50,359 nt of DNA from Candidatus Aminicenantes bacterium (lineage in GTDB: Bacteria > Acidobacteriota > Aminicenantia > Aminicenantales > Aminicenantaceae), in contig QMPV01000004.1 of assembly GCA_003648765.1 (NCBI GenBank), forward strand, positions 1 through 50,359, in the 5' to 3' direction. The translations under genes were made by a program, and so were the position numbers. Of this stretch, positions 31,446 to 41,782 are shown piece by piece (the first letter of the stretch is position 1; every line of letters starts with the position of its first letter). The notes below the pieces were generated by a model, which saw only the letters and a program-made list of their open reading frames with translations, was not told the DNA's origin and did not search any database.

Positions 31446-33188
31446 TTATAGCATTGATTCCTGATTCAACAGCTCTGATTGCAGCTTTTTTTTCTCCTGG
31501 AGTTCAGCCAGGAGGGGTGTAATCGCTTCTTTTTGCCCAGTTTTTTCTAGCTTTACGATTTGAGTTTTAAGCTCTTTTATTTGTTTTTCCAGAGAGTGCT
31601 TCCGGAGACAAAGTAGACAATCCAGAGCTTCTTGCCTGTCTCCCGGGGGCGAGGTTTCTTGAAGAATGGCGGAGAGGGCCGAGAATATCTCGGGAGGAAG
31701 AGAGGACTTGATTTCGTGATAAACGGGTGCTTTTCGCTGATCTAGTTTTTCTAGGATAAATTTTATTACTGGTTGACTTTTTAAGCCGGTGAAATCATCT
31801 AAGCTGATTTGCTCTAGAATTTCCGGTGCTACTTCGGGATTAGTAAAGATTATTTGCAGGAGACGCTTTTCGGCTGTCAGAAAGAGCTGTTGACTACTTC
31901 GGGGACTTGGGGCTGTCTCTTTTTTAAACAGGGACCGGAATAATGTTTCTTCCAGATTGAGAAGTTCACTGGCTTTTTTGATATATTCACTTTGGATGAG
32001 AGGGTCCGGAATACGGGCAATTTCAGCCGCGATTTCCCGAGCTAGAGAAGCTTTTTCTTCAGGTAGATTTAAGTTGCGTCCTTGAGCTCGATATTTCACT
32101 AGAAATTTAAAACCAAATTCCTTTTGTTCGTAAAGCCGCCGAAATTGTTGGTGACCGTAGCGTTGTAGATAAGTGTCAGGGTCCGTGTCTTCTGGAAGAA
32201 GGATCACGGCCACTCTTAACCCTTGGGATAATCCTAGGGAAACGGCTCGGAGGGCGGCTTTCTGACCAGCAGCATCTCCGTCGTAACAGACGGTTAATTG
32301 AGGAGCAAAACGATGAGCTAGGCTGGTTTGAGCCGGTGTCAGGCTAGTTCCAAGAGAAGCTACCACATTTTTGAATCCAGCTTGATAAAGAGCTAAGAAA
32401 TCAGTGTAGCCTTCCACCAAAATTATCTCGCGGGCTTCCCGGATGGCATTTTTATTGAAGTTGAGACCATAAAGCCATTGTCCTTTGGTATAAATGGGAG
32501 TATCAGGAGAGTTGAGATATTTAGGGGATTCGTCAAAGATGGTTCGGCCGCCAAAACCCAAAACTTGACCGGTTAAATTGAAAATGGGGAAAATTATTCG
32601 ACCTCGGAACCGGTCATAATACCGGTTTTCTTGAGATTTTTTGAGAACCAAGCCCGCCTTTTCTAAGAGGCTTTCCGGAATTTTTTTAGTTCGAAAAAAA
32701 GCAATGAGGGCTTCCCAAGAATGAAGAGCATAGCCAAGTTTGAAATAGTCAATAGTTTCCTTGGTTAGGCCTCTTTTTTTAAGATAAGCGAGAGCCTTTT
32801 GCCCTTCAGATGTGCTGTAAAGATTTTTTCGAAAATAGCCCAAGGCTAATTCATTTATCCGGTAAAGTTTTTCTTCCAGCTTTTGTTGTTGGCGAGAGGC
32901 TGACTTTGGGGAAGGAAGAGGAATGTTATACCGTCTGGCTAGGAAACGCACCGCTTCGGGAAAACTGAGTTGTTCCTTTTCCATAACCAGGGTAAAAATA
33001 TCTCCACCTCGGCCGCAGCCAAAGCAATGATAGAGTTGTTTCTCTTCATCAACATTGAAGGATGGCTCTTTTTCCGAATGGAAAGGGCAGAGCCCGACGT
33101 ACTTACTGCCTCTTTTTTTTAAATTGGTATAAAGAGAAGCGACATCAACTATACTAACAGTCTGCTTGATTTTATCGACGATTTCCAT
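31446..33188 (-). CDS. dnaG: DNA primase
   Basis: CPFHSEKEPSF...CFGC zinc finger, KYLNSPDT, EGYTD, YDGDAAG. Confidence 0.97.
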   Translation of the reverse strand: MEIVDKIKQTVSIVDVASLYTNLKKRGSKYVGLCPFHSEKEPSFNVDEEKQLYHCFGCGRGGDIFTLVMEKEQLSFPEAVRFLARRYNIPLPSPKSASRQQQKLEEKLYRINELALGYFRKNLYSTSEGQKALAYLKKRGLTKETIDYFKLGYALHSWEALIAFFRTKKIPESLLEKAGLVLKKSQENRYYDRFRGRIIFPIFNLTGQVLGFGGRTIFDESPKYLNSPDTPIYTKGQWLYGLNFNKNAIREAREIILVEGYTDFLALYQAGFKNVVASLGTSLTPAQTSLAHRFAPQLTVCYDGDAAGQKAALRAVSLGLSQGLRVAVILLPEDTDPDTYLQRYGHQQFRRLYEQKEFGFKFLVKYRAQGRNLNLPEEKASLAREIAAEIARIPDPLIQSEYIKKASELLNLEETLFRSLFKKETAPSPRSSQQLFLTAEKRLLQIIFTNPEVAPEILEQISLDDFTGLKSQPVIKFILEKLDQRKAPVYHEIKSSLPPEIFSALSAILQETSPPGDRQEALDCLLCLRKHSLEKQIKELKTQIVKLEKTGQKEAITPLLAELQEKKKLQSELLNQESML

Positions 33189-33273
33189 GAAATTTCAGGA
33201 ATAATTGACAGTATTAACTCATAAAATATAGGGAGAGCAGAGCTACTTGTCAAGCTAAGGAGCATTTTTTGTT

Positions 33274-34020
33274 TTATTCTAGATGATTTATCAAACTGGC
33301 CAGGTAACCAGCCCCAAAGCCGTTGTCAATATTGACTACAGCTACGCCTCCTGGGCAGGAATTAAGCATAGCTAGTAGAGCGGCTAACCCTTTAAAACTG
33401 GCCCCATAGCCGATACTAGTGGGACAGGCGATGACTGGGGCTTTGACCAAGCCGGCAATGACACTGGGTAAAGCTCCCTCCATGCCGGCTACTGTAATCA
33501 CTACTCGGGCCATCTTTAAGCGTTGATATTCTCCCAGAAGCCGGTGAAGACCAGCCACCCCAACGTCATAAATTTTCGCTACTTCATTCCCCAGAATTTC
33601 ACAGGTGACCACCGCCTCTTCGGCAACTGGAATGTCGGAAGTGCCCGCAGTCACCACCGCAATAATTCCCTTTCCTGGCGGAGGTTCATTCACTTGGAGG
33701 TAGGCGGCCTTAGCCAGAGAATTATATTCCAATTGGGGAATTTCTTTGGCTATCTTTTCAAAAGCAGGTGGTTCCAGGCGAGTAATGAGTAAATTACTCT
33801 GTTTTGCTACGATTTCATGAGCTATCTTGATAATTTGCTCCACTGTTTTTCCCGGCCCATAAATAACTTCCGGGAGCCCTTTGCGCAATTCCCGGTGGTG
33901 GTCAATTTTGGCAAAAGATAAATCTTGGTAGGGATAGTCTTGCAGTAATTCCAAGATTTCTTCCAGGCTGATTTCCCCTTGTTGGAACCTGGTCAGAATA
34001 TCTTTAAGCCTTGATTTCAT
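33274..34020 (-). CDS. larB: Nickel-pincer cofactor biosynthesis carboxylase (PurE-like)
   Basis: AGTSDIPVAEEA, DVGVAGLHRL, AGMEGALPSV, PTSIGYG, VNIDNGFGA. Confidence 0.93.
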   Translation of the reverse strand: MKSRLKDILTRFQQGEISLEEILELLQDYPYQDLSFAKIDHHRELRKGLPEVIYGPGKTVEQIIKIAHEIVAKQSNLLITRLEPPAFEKIAKEIPQLEYNSLAKAAYLQVNEPPPGKGIIAVVTAGTSDIPVAEEAVVTCEILGNEVAKIYDVGVAGLHRLLGEYQRLKMARVVITVAGMEGALPSVIAGLVKAPVIACPTSIGYGASFKGLAALLAMLNSCPGGVAVVNIDNGFGAGYLASLINHLE

Positions 34021-34102
34021 GTCCACCCCAATATAGCAAATGAAGATATATTTGACAATTAGCTAGGGAGTTAGCTTATACTTACAAAAAGATGGCGGTA
34101 AG

Positions 34103-34939
34103 ATGTACACTTTAGAGCGTGAACTTTTCTTCTCGGGTAGGGGGGTCCACAGCGGTCAAGAGACGCGACTTAGATTGAAGCCTTCAACGACAGGCAGTAT
34201 ATTGCTTCAACCTCATCTGTCGCCCATAACGCCAGTTCTATTAACAGCTTGTGAGTTCGAAGCCCATGGTGGTACTGTACTAAAGACCAATAATTTTGTT
34301 CTCCGGACGGTGGAACATCTCCTGGCCAGTTTAATTTGTTTACGGATTGGCAGCCTGGAAATTCTTTGGGAAGGAGAAGAAGTGCCCATTCTAGATGGTA
34401 GTGCCGCTCCCTTTGTAGAAGAATTAGAGAAGGCGAGAAGACCCTTAGAGCAGAAAATGCCTCTTTTAAAAATAATCAAGCCTCTCGAAATTAAAGATGG
34501 TCAGGCCTGGGTGAGAGCTGAGCCGGCCGAAACATGGGAAATAAGTTATGAAATAGAATTTAATCATCCTGTGATTGCTCGCCAAGCTTTGACTCTGGAA
34601 ATTAGTGAGGAAACTTTTAAGCAGGCCATTGCTCCGGCTCGAACTTTCGGTTTTCTCCAGGATGTGGAAAATTTGAGAAGGATGGGCCTGGCCCATGGTT
34701 CTTCTTGGGAGAATACGGTTGTTTTGGGGGAAAGAGAAATAATCAATCCTCCCCTTCGTTTTCCAGATGAGTTTGTCCGACACAAAATTCTAGATTTTAT
34801 TGGTGATTTGGCTCTCCTCGGATGTTATTTACAAGGCCGGTTTTCAGCCTTTCGAGCCGGACACCAACTCCATCAGCAGTTGGTCAGATTGATTCGGGAC
34901 AATAAAAATTGCTGGATTTTGAAGGACAATTTTGTTTAA
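34103..34939 (+). CDS. lpxC: UDP-3-O-acyl-GlcNAc deacetylase
   Basis: GRGVHSG, TVEHLLAS, PILDGSA, IAPARTFGF, RHKILDFIGDL. Confidence 0.95.
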   Translation: MYTLERELFFSGRGVHSGQETRLRLKPSTTGSILLQPHLSPITPVLLTACEFEAHGGTVLKTNNFVLRTVEHLLASLICLRIGSLEILWEGEEVPILDGSAAPFVEELEKARRPLEQKMPLLKIIKPLEIKDGQAWVRAEPAETWEISYEIEFNHPVIARQALTLEISEETFKQAIAPARTFGFLQDVENLRRMGLAHGSSWENTVVLGEREIINPPLRFPDEFVRHKILDFIGDLALLGCYLQGRFSAFRAGHQLHQQLVRLIRDNKNCWILKDNFV

Positions 34940-35188
34940 AATAAAGCCTTATTGGGGGGAAAGAGCTAAGGCTCCACTTAAGAATGAAGCAACTTTGAGG
35001 ATGATGGTCAAGAAGATGAAATTTTCTAGCTTAAGAGTTATCTTTTAATCTTAATTTCAAGAGCGGAGGTGGGAAAAAAGCATTTTTTCTAATTGGACAA
35101 CTAGAGAGAGTCTCTGTCTCCACTTGTCAAATGGGCTGAAGTCGGGTAGAATGTCACAATCTAAATTCTTGAAAAAAGGGAGATAAAA

Positions 35189-35698
35189 GTGGTTCAGAAA
35201 AATCAATCCAAAAAGGACAAATACGAAGAATCTTTAGTGGCTTTCCAAAAAGCAGTGGAAACCTTTCGTCGTGAAGATTTCGCCCGGGCAGCTGAGCTCT
35301 TCCGCAAATTTATTGAAAAATATGATGAGGAAAAAGAATTCGTTGACCGGGCTCAAATTTATTTAAGTATTTGTGAAAACCGTCTGCATCCTCCTGAAAT
35401 TAAATTAGAAGATTTTGAAGATTATTATTACTACAGTGTCTATCTTCTGAATCGGGGGGATTATGAACAAGCTCTGGAATATTTGAACAAAGCCCTGGAA
35501 AAAAAGCCGAAGGAGGCCAGACTTTATTACTTAATGGCCAATGCTTATTGTCGATTGGGCCAGACCGATGAGTGTTTGAAAAATTTAAAAAAAGCCATTC
35601 AATTGGATGATTTTTTCCGGATTCTGGCTCAGAACGAGCGCGATTTTGAACCCCTCTGGGAGGATAAGAAATTTAGACTTATTATTCGGATGGCATGA
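35189..35698 (+). CDS. Tetratricopeptide-repeat protein
   Basis: TPR helices (YEQALEYLNKAL, LYYLMANAY); GGGAG RBS; TTGTCA-17-TAGAAT promoter upstream. Confidence 0.85.
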   Translation: MVQKNQSKKDKYEESLVAFQKAVETFRREDFARAAELFRKFIEKYDEEKEFVDRAQIYLSICENRLHPPEIKLEDFEDYYYYSVYLLNRGDYEQALEYLNKALEKKPKEARLYYLMANAYCRLGQTDECLKNLKKAIQLDDFFRILAQNERDFEPLWEDKKFRLIIRMA

Positions 35699-37080
35699 AA
35701 AGGAAACCCATCGCCCTGGTCTTGGCTGCCGGTAAAGGCACCAGGTTTAAATCAAATTTAATTAAAATTCTTCACCCTCTTCTGGGAAAACCCATGGTCA
35801 GCCATGTCCTGGAGATGCTCCGTTCTTTAGGCATCGAAGATATATTGGTAGTGGTGGGCTACCAGAAAGAGAGGGTCATCGAGGCTCTTCAGGAGGAGGG
35901 GGTTCAATTTGTAGTTCAGGCGGAGCAACTGGGCACAGCTCATGCCGTCCTGGCCGCCCGAGACAAGCTGGCTTCTCTCCTTGACCGCGACCTGCTGATT
36001 ATCAATGGAGATTTACCTATTCTTCGGGCCGAATCTCTCCAGCCCTTGATTGAAGCTCATTTTCAGGGAAATAATGCTCTGACTTTTGTTGCGGCCACCA
36101 TGGGCAATCCTTATGGTTTTGGACGGGTGGTTGAAGTTGCCCCAGGGAAATACAAGGTCATTGAAGAACGGGAAGCCTCGCCTGAGGAGAAAAGGATTAA
36201 GCTGGCCAATGTGGGGATTTATTTGGGCCGCATCAGGGACCTTCTGGAGGCTCTGCCTCAAGTGAGCAATGACAACTCTAAAAAAGAGTATTATTTGACT
36301 GATTTAATTGAGATTCTTTCTTGTCAAGACAAGAAGGTCCAACCCTTTATTCTTCCCGAGAGTGAAGAGATTGTCGGGGTTAATGACCGCTTTGAGCTGG
36401 CTCAGGCCATCCGAGTTTTGCAGAGGCGAAGAAACAGAGAGTTTTGTGAAAAAGGGGTGACTCTCCTTGACCCTGACTCCATCTGGATTGAGATGGAGGT
36501 GGAGATTGAACCCGATACAGTGATCTGGCCGGAGGTGATTCTGGCCGGACGGACCAGAATTGGTCGGGAATGCGAAATTGAATCTTTTTGCCTGATTCGA
36601 GATTCGAAACTTAAGAATAAAGTCCATGTTTTCCCCTCTTCAGTTATTGAAGGTAGTTGTCTGGATGATGAGACTCATGTCGGACCTTTTACTCATCTTC
36701 GGCCGGGTACTCATCTTCGGCGGGGTTCCCGGGTGGGGAATTTTGTTGAGATGAAAAAGACGGATTTCGGGCCGGGTTCCAAAGCCCTACATTTATCCTA
36801 TCTGGGAGATAGTAAAGTCGGCCAGCGGGTTAACATCGGAGCCGGAACGATTACCTGCAATTATGATGGACTGAAGAAGTATGAAACCGTGATTGAGGAT
36901 GAAGTGTTCGTGGGCTCAGGCACCCAACTCGTGGCTCCCGTCAAAGTGGGCCGGGGAGCCTATATCGGGGCCGGTTCCACTATTACTAAAAACGTCTCCC
37001 CGGAGGCTCTGGCCGTGGCCCGCAGCCGGCAGATTGAAAAAAAAGGTTGGGCCAGACGAAAAAAAAGGAAAAAAGAGTAA
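35695..37080 (+). CDS. glmU: Bifunctional UDP-GlcNAc pyrophosphorylase / GlcN-1-P acetyltransferase
   Basis: LAAGKGTR, EQLGTAHAV, GNFVEMK, HLSYLGD, GAGTITCNYDG. Confidence 0.97.
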   Translation: MKRKPIALVLAAGKGTRFKSNLIKILHPLLGKPMVSHVLEMLRSLGIEDILVVVGYQKERVIEALQEEGVQFVVQAEQLGTAHAVLAARDKLASLLDRDLLIINGDLPILRAESLQPLIEAHFQGNNALTFVAATMGNPYGFGRVVEVAPGKYKVIEEREASPEEKRIKLANVGIYLGRIRDLLEALPQVSNDNSKKEYYLTDLIEILSCQDKKVQPFILPESEEIVGVNDRFELAQAIRVLQRRRNREFCEKGVTLLDPDSIWIEMEVEIEPDTVIWPEVILAGRTRIGRECEIESFCLIRDSKLKNKVHVFPSSVIEGSCLDDETHVGPFTHLRPGTHLRRGSRVGNFVEMKKTDFGPGSKALHLSYLGDSKVGQRVNIGAGTITCNYDGLKKYETVIEDEVFVGSGTQLVAPVKVGRGAYIGAGSTITKNVSPEALAVARSRQIEKKGWARRKKRKKE

Positions 37081-37084
37081 TCCC

Positions 37085-38914
37085 ATGTGTGGTATTGTCG
37101 GCTACGCCGGCCCAAAAAATCCAGTGACCATCCTGATAGATGGTCTCAAAAAACTTGAGTATCGAGGTTATGATTCAGCCGGATTAGCCATCATCTGCGG
37201 GGAGGAGATAAAAAGACTTCGGGTCAAGGGCAAAATTTCTCAACTAGAGGAGAAAGTCAAACAGACGGAGTTGAAGGGCTCCTGTGGTATCGGTCATACC
37301 CGTTGGGCCACCCATGGTTTGCCTTCTGAAGAAAACGCTCATCCCCATCAAAGTTGTGATGGAGGGATAGTCATCGTTCACAACGGCATTATTGAAAATT
37401 ATCATCGATTAAAACAGCAACTTCTCGCCGAAGGACATCATTTTGAATCGGAAACCGACTCAGAGGTTATCGCCCATCTCATTGAGAAATATTATTCAGG
37501 ACAGCTGGAAGAGGCGGTTCGACGGGCGACCAAAGAACTGGAAGGGGCTTACGCCATTGCGGTTATCTGTCGCCGGGAACCGGAAAAAATAGTTGTCGCC
37601 AAGTTGGGGCCCCCGGCGGTGGTGGGCTATGGAGAAGGTGAAAATCTGGTGGCTTCGGATGTCAATCCTCTTCTGAATTACACCAAAAAAGTGACTTTTC
37701 TTGATGACCGGGAAATCGCTGTACTGACCCCCCGGCAAGTCAGTTTTATGAATTTTTCTGGAGAGCCGCTGGAAAAGAGGGTGGAGTTTCTTTCCTGGTC
37801 GCCTTTAATGATTGAGAAACGGGGCTTCAAGCACTTCATGCTCAAGGAGATTTTTGAGCAACCCCAGGTCATTCGGGAGACCATGGAGGGGAGGCTGGCC
37901 CTGGATAAAGGCCAGGTCTTTTTAGAAGAGACGGGTTTGACGCCTGAGTTTTTCCGACAAATCAAGCGGATAATGCTGGTAGCCTGTGGAACTTCATTTC
38001 ATGCGGGTTTGCTAGGCAAATATTATTTTGAAACGCTGGCCCGGGTGCCGGTGGAAGTCATCTACGCCTCGGAATACCGCTATCATGATCTTATTCCAGA
38101 TAAAAACACCCTGGCTGTTTTTATTTCTCAGTCGGGCGAAACAGCCGATACTTTGGCCTCTTTGCGGCAGGTCAAAAAGCTGGGGGTGCCCACGCTGGCT
38201 ATTTGTAATGTAGTCAAAAGTTCCATTGCCCGGGAGGCGGATGGAGTTTATTATACTCATGCCGGGCCGGAAATAGGGGTGGCCGCCACCAAAACTTTCT
38301 CAGCTCAATTAACGGCGCTTTTTTTGCTGGCCCTGGGAACAGCTCAAATCAAAAAAGAAATAGGAGAAAAAGAACAGTTACACCTGTTGGAGGCTTTCCG
38401 CAAGATTCCCTGGCAGGTGGAGGCTTTACTCGGCCAGAAAGAGACGCTTGATGCCTTGAGTGCCCGCTTTCTTCACGCCGAACATTTTCTATATCTGGGG
38501 CGCTGGGTTAATTATCCCATTGCTCTGGAAGGAGCCTTGAAGTTAAAGGAAATTTCTTATATTCATGCTGAAGGCTACCCCGGAGGAGAGATGAAACATG
38601 GTCCGATCGCTTTGATTGATGAGAAAATGCCGACCATGGCCATCTGTCCCCGGGACCGGGTTTATGAAAAAATGTTGAGCAATATCATAGAGGTCAAAGC
38701 CCGTCAGGGCTTTATCATTGCCCTGGCCACCCAGGGGGATGAAGAAATAGTTGATCAGGTTGATGAAGTTATCTATTTACCTGCCACTCATCAGCTTTTA
38801 TCTCCCTTTTTGAGTTTAATCCCTCTCCAGCTCTTTGCCTATTGCCTGGCGGCGCGGCGGGGGGCTGATGTGGATCAGCCTCGCAATCTGGCTAAAAGCG
38901 TGACTGTCGAATAG
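37085..38914 (+). CDS. glmS: Glutamine-fructose-6-phosphate aminotransferase
   Basis: MCGIVG N-terminal nucleophile fixes the start at 37085; GHTRWATHG, SQSGETAD, PRNLAKSVTVE. Confidence 0.98.
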   Translation: MCGIVGYAGPKNPVTILIDGLKKLEYRGYDSAGLAIICGEEIKRLRVKGKISQLEEKVKQTELKGSCGIGHTRWATHGLPSEENAHPHQSCDGGIVIVHNGIIENYHRLKQQLLAEGHHFESETDSEVIAHLIEKYYSGQLEEAVRRATKELEGAYAIAVICRREPEKIVVAKLGPPAVVGYGEGENLVASDVNPLLNYTKKVTFLDDREIAVLTPRQVSFMNFSGEPLEKRVEFLSWSPLMIEKRGFKHFMLKEIFEQPQVIRETMEGRLALDKGQVFLEETGLTPEFFRQIKRIMLVACGTSFHAGLLGKYYFETLARVPVEVIYASEYRYHDLIPDKNTLAVFISQSGETADTLASLRQVKKLGVPTLAICNVVKSSIAREADGVYYTHAGPEIGVAATKTFSAQLTALFLLALGTAQIKKEIGEKEQLHLLEAFRKIPWQVEALLGQKETLDALSARFLHAEHFLYLGRWVNYPIALEGALKLKEISYIHAEGYPGGEMKHGPIALIDEKMPTMAICPRDRVYEKMLSNIIEVKARQGFIIALATQGDEEIVDQVDEVIYLPATHQLLSPFLSLIPLQLFAYCLAARRGADVDQPRNLAKSVTVE

Positions 38915-38952
38915 AGCTTTTTCTGAAAAAGTCGTCTCTTTAAGGGGATTGT

Positions 38953-41775
38953 TTACCAGGAGAGTTTTAAACTTAACCGGGCTTTTCGAGGTGCCTGACG
39001 AGCCCAGACTTGACCGAAAATAGGAATATCCTCTTTGACATAGGAGACAGGTTTCTGGCTGTTAAAAACGTTGAAAATATCGACTCTTAAAGTCAGGAAG
39101 ATGTCATCCAAGTTCAACCATCGGCCGAGAAGCAAACTTTTTTCCAGCCCCAGGTCTAAGTAAGTATGAGGTGGTGTTTTCCGGGAGCCGCGGCCTTCAG
39201 GAAAGGAATAATAGCCGCCAAAGAAGGGCACATAACCCAATTTTTCCCAGTAATAGCCGGAAATATATTCAAAAGCGGCCGAACAGGAGATGTTACCCGG
39301 GGCCAGGTAAATCAAATTTATCTTGAGATTATGGTCAATGGAATAGGGAAGTTTGCCGTACCAGCCCTCGTCGCCGATGCCTCGGCCCCCCAGACCGCCC
39401 AGGGCCCAATCGACATATTCTTTATATTCTTTTAATTCGGGTAGATTGGGCACGTAGAGATGATTGCCGAAAAGGCCGATATAAGTGGTGCTGCCTTCCT
39501 CCTGGGACCAGGAACCGGTTTCGGTTTGTCCGGGATTGGTGCCTTTAGCCGAAGAAAGGCAGTAAGAAGCTTTGAGGAAAAGACGCTGGCCGATTTTACC
39601 GTTTAATTCCAATTCCAGCCCGGAATAATCCCGACGTTTAAGTTCGAAATTGTCGTAGAGAAATTTATAGCCGGCCTCCAGGTCAAAAACAGCCAGCACT
39701 TCCAGTAAATCCCGGGCTTTGGTGCGGACATAGCGGGCCGAGAGAGCCCAGTTGCGGCCCAGACGTCGGTCGAATTGAATCAAATACCTGGTCAGGAAAT
39801 TGGGTTTAATTCCTTCGGCAATTTCAAAACGCTGTTTTTTCTGCTCGTTTTCAAAGACCCAGTTGTCAGGTTGATGTATCTCTTCAGGCTCAGGTGAAGC
39901 GGGTCCTATCCAGCGGTAAGTGCGAAAGCTCAATCCAGCTCCGGAGTTGAAGAGTCCCATAGGCATCGTCGTAATTAGATCGGAAAATCTCCCCCAACCG
40001 ACCTTGAGAATATTATTTCCGTCGCCTAAGAGGTCGAAAGTGAAGTAAAAACGGGGGGAAAGAAAGTCTCCCAGCCCCCAGCTCCAGAGTTTTTCCTGCT
40101 GGTCACTCAGACATACTTGAGTCTGGCTTCTTAAGCCCAACATCAGTCCGGCTCTTCCCCAGGAAACTTTATCTTTTAAGTAAAACCCGAACCCATGGGC
40201 GGAGTTAAGAAACCAGAAATCTCCATATTCATAGAAAAACGTAGGTGTACCTCTTTCATTACGCCAGGTATCGAAGTAATACTTGGTTCCGGCATCAAAA
40301 CCATTGTTGGGGAAGAGGTCTTCGTCCTGGCCGCTGAAGATAACCCCGAATTCAGAAGAAAAGGCGTAGTATTCCAGCCCGAAATTTAGCTCGTGATTAC
40401 CCAGCTCTTGGGAGTCAATATATTTGGTGAAACGGAGATTGGCATCCAGCCGCCACTGATTGTCAGTGATATTACCATAGGAGTTATGAATATTCCGGGC
40501 TAGGTCCTCAATGTAATATTGAGCCGGGCCGAGGTCGCCGTCCAGCGGCTGGGTGAAGGATTGGCGGCGGACATAGCCCAATCCGCCTTCGATAAACATA
40601 TCAGGACCGAAGATACCTTTGTAATTAATCCGGATAAGACCGTCGTTGAAATCCTTGCGTTCATAAAGGTCGGGCAGACCGGTGCCGCCTTTTTGGCTGA
40701 TGTCGGTATGATAAAGGGAAGTTAAACTGAGTTGATGATTAGGGGTCAATGACCAGGTTATTTTACTGAAGAGGTTATTCCTTTTGAAATTTCTCTGACC
40801 GGCCGGAATGAAGAGATAATCAATTGTGTTCTCTCTGGTTTCTTCGGAATCACTGTAAAGGTTATCCGAGAGAAAAAACCAGAGTTTATCCTTGATTAAG
40901 GGCCCGCCGAGATTGAGATACCAGTTATAATGGGAGAAATAAGCCGGTTCACTGACGATGGCCAGTTGAGGCTGCCGCTCGGCCTGGAGATTTTTATCGG
41001 TGAAAATCAGGGAGAATTGTCCGTGGAAATTATTACTGCCAGATTTAGTGACGATATTAATCACTCCTCCATAAGCCGAGCCGTACTCAGGGGAAAAGGG
41101 GTCGGAAATGACCTGAATTTCCTCGATAGCGTCCATATTGAGATTAACGCCGGAATTTTTGAGGCGCACCCCGGAAATAGAGAGCCCGTCAACCACCCAG
41201 TTGTTGCCCTCTTCACCTTCACCGCGGAAACTGGGTTGTCCTTCGGTCGAGGTTCCCCGGCGGGTATTCATTCGGACTCCGGTCACTCCGGGAGTTAATT
41301 TGATGACATCGACCACCGTCCGATTCAAGGCCGGTAATTTTTCCAGTTCTTCAGAGGTGAGGTGGAAGCTGGTATCGGCGCTGGTCCGGTCGATAAGCGG
41401 TGAGGGGGCCTGAACCACAATTTCTTCTTCGAGAGGGGCGATTTTCATGATGATTTTTAACTCGGTGACTTTACCCAGGTAAACCACCACGTTCTCTTGA
41501 ATAACCGGGGTGAAACCCGACAGGGTGAAAGTCAAGCGGTATTTACCCACCGGCAGCAGAGGCAGAGAGAAGAGGCCTCCGGTCCGGGAAAAAGAGGTTC
41601 TCTGTCCTTGAAGAGCCGGGCTTTCCGCCACGATTTTAACTCCTACCAGAGGGGAACCTTCTTCACTCAGAATAATTCCCTTGATTTCCCCGGTTTCGGT
41701 GGCCAGCAGGGAAGAAATGGATAAAAACAAGGCCAGTAGAAGGAAGAGGAAGGAGCCTCGGTTTGATTTGGTCAT
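38953..41775 (-). CDS. TonB-dependent receptor (Oar-like) with carboxypeptidase-regulatory-like N-domain
   Basis: Signal peptide, LPVGKY.LTFTLSGF, plug motif EYGSAYGGVINIVTKSG, IFNVFN, C-terminal LKLSW. Confidence 0.9.
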   Translation of the reverse strand: MTKSNRGSFLFLLLALFLSISSLLATETGEIKGIILSEEGSPLVGVKIVAESPALQGQRTSFSRTGGLFSLPLLPVGKYRLTFTLSGFTPVIQENVVVYLGKVTELKIIMKIAPLEEEIVVQAPSPLIDRTSADTSFHLTSEELEKLPALNRTVVDVIKLTPGVTGVRMNTRRGTSTEGQPSFRGEGEEGNNWVVDGLSISGVRLKNSGVNLNMDAIEEIQVISDPFSPEYGSAYGGVINIVTKSGSNNFHGQFSLIFTDKNLQAERQPQLAIVSEPAYFSHYNWYLNLGGPLIKDKLWFFLSDNLYSDSEETRENTIDYLFIPAGQRNFKRNNLFSKITWSLTPNHQLSLTSLYHTDISQKGGTGLPDLYERKDFNDGLIRINYKGIFGPDMFIEGGLGYVRRQSFTQPLDGDLGPAQYYIEDLARNIHNSYGNITDNQWRLDANLRFTKYIDSQELGNHELNFGLEYYAFSSEFGVIFSGQDEDLFPNNGFDAGTKYYFDTWRNERGTPTFFYEYGDFWFLNSAHGFGFYLKDKVSWGRAGLMLGLRSQTQVCLSDQQEKLWSWGLGDFLSPRFYFTFDLLGDGNNILKVGWGRFSDLITTMPMGLFNSGAGLSFRTYRWIGPASPEPEEIHQPDNWVFENEQKKQRFEIAEGIKPNFLTRYLIQFDRRLGRNWALSARYVRTKARDLLEVLAVFDLEAGYKFLYDNFELKRRDYSGLELELNGKIGQRLFLKASYCLSSAKGTNPGQTETGSWSQEEGSTTYIGLFGNHLYVPNLPELKEYKEYVDWALGGLGGRGIGDEGWYGKLPYSIDHNLKINLIYLAPGNISCSAAFEYISGYYWEKLGYVPFFGGYYSFPEGRGSRKTPPHTYLDLGLEKSLLLGRWLNLDDIFLTLRVDIFNVFNSQKPVSYVKEDIPIFGQVWARQAPRKARLSLKLSW

Positions 41776-41782
41776 TTAACGA

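Noticed and set aside
36893-37084. N-terminal extension of glmS, or a glmS ribozyme
   Set aside because: GlmS needs Cys at residue 2 (ATG 37085); the upstream DNA is glmU coding sequence.
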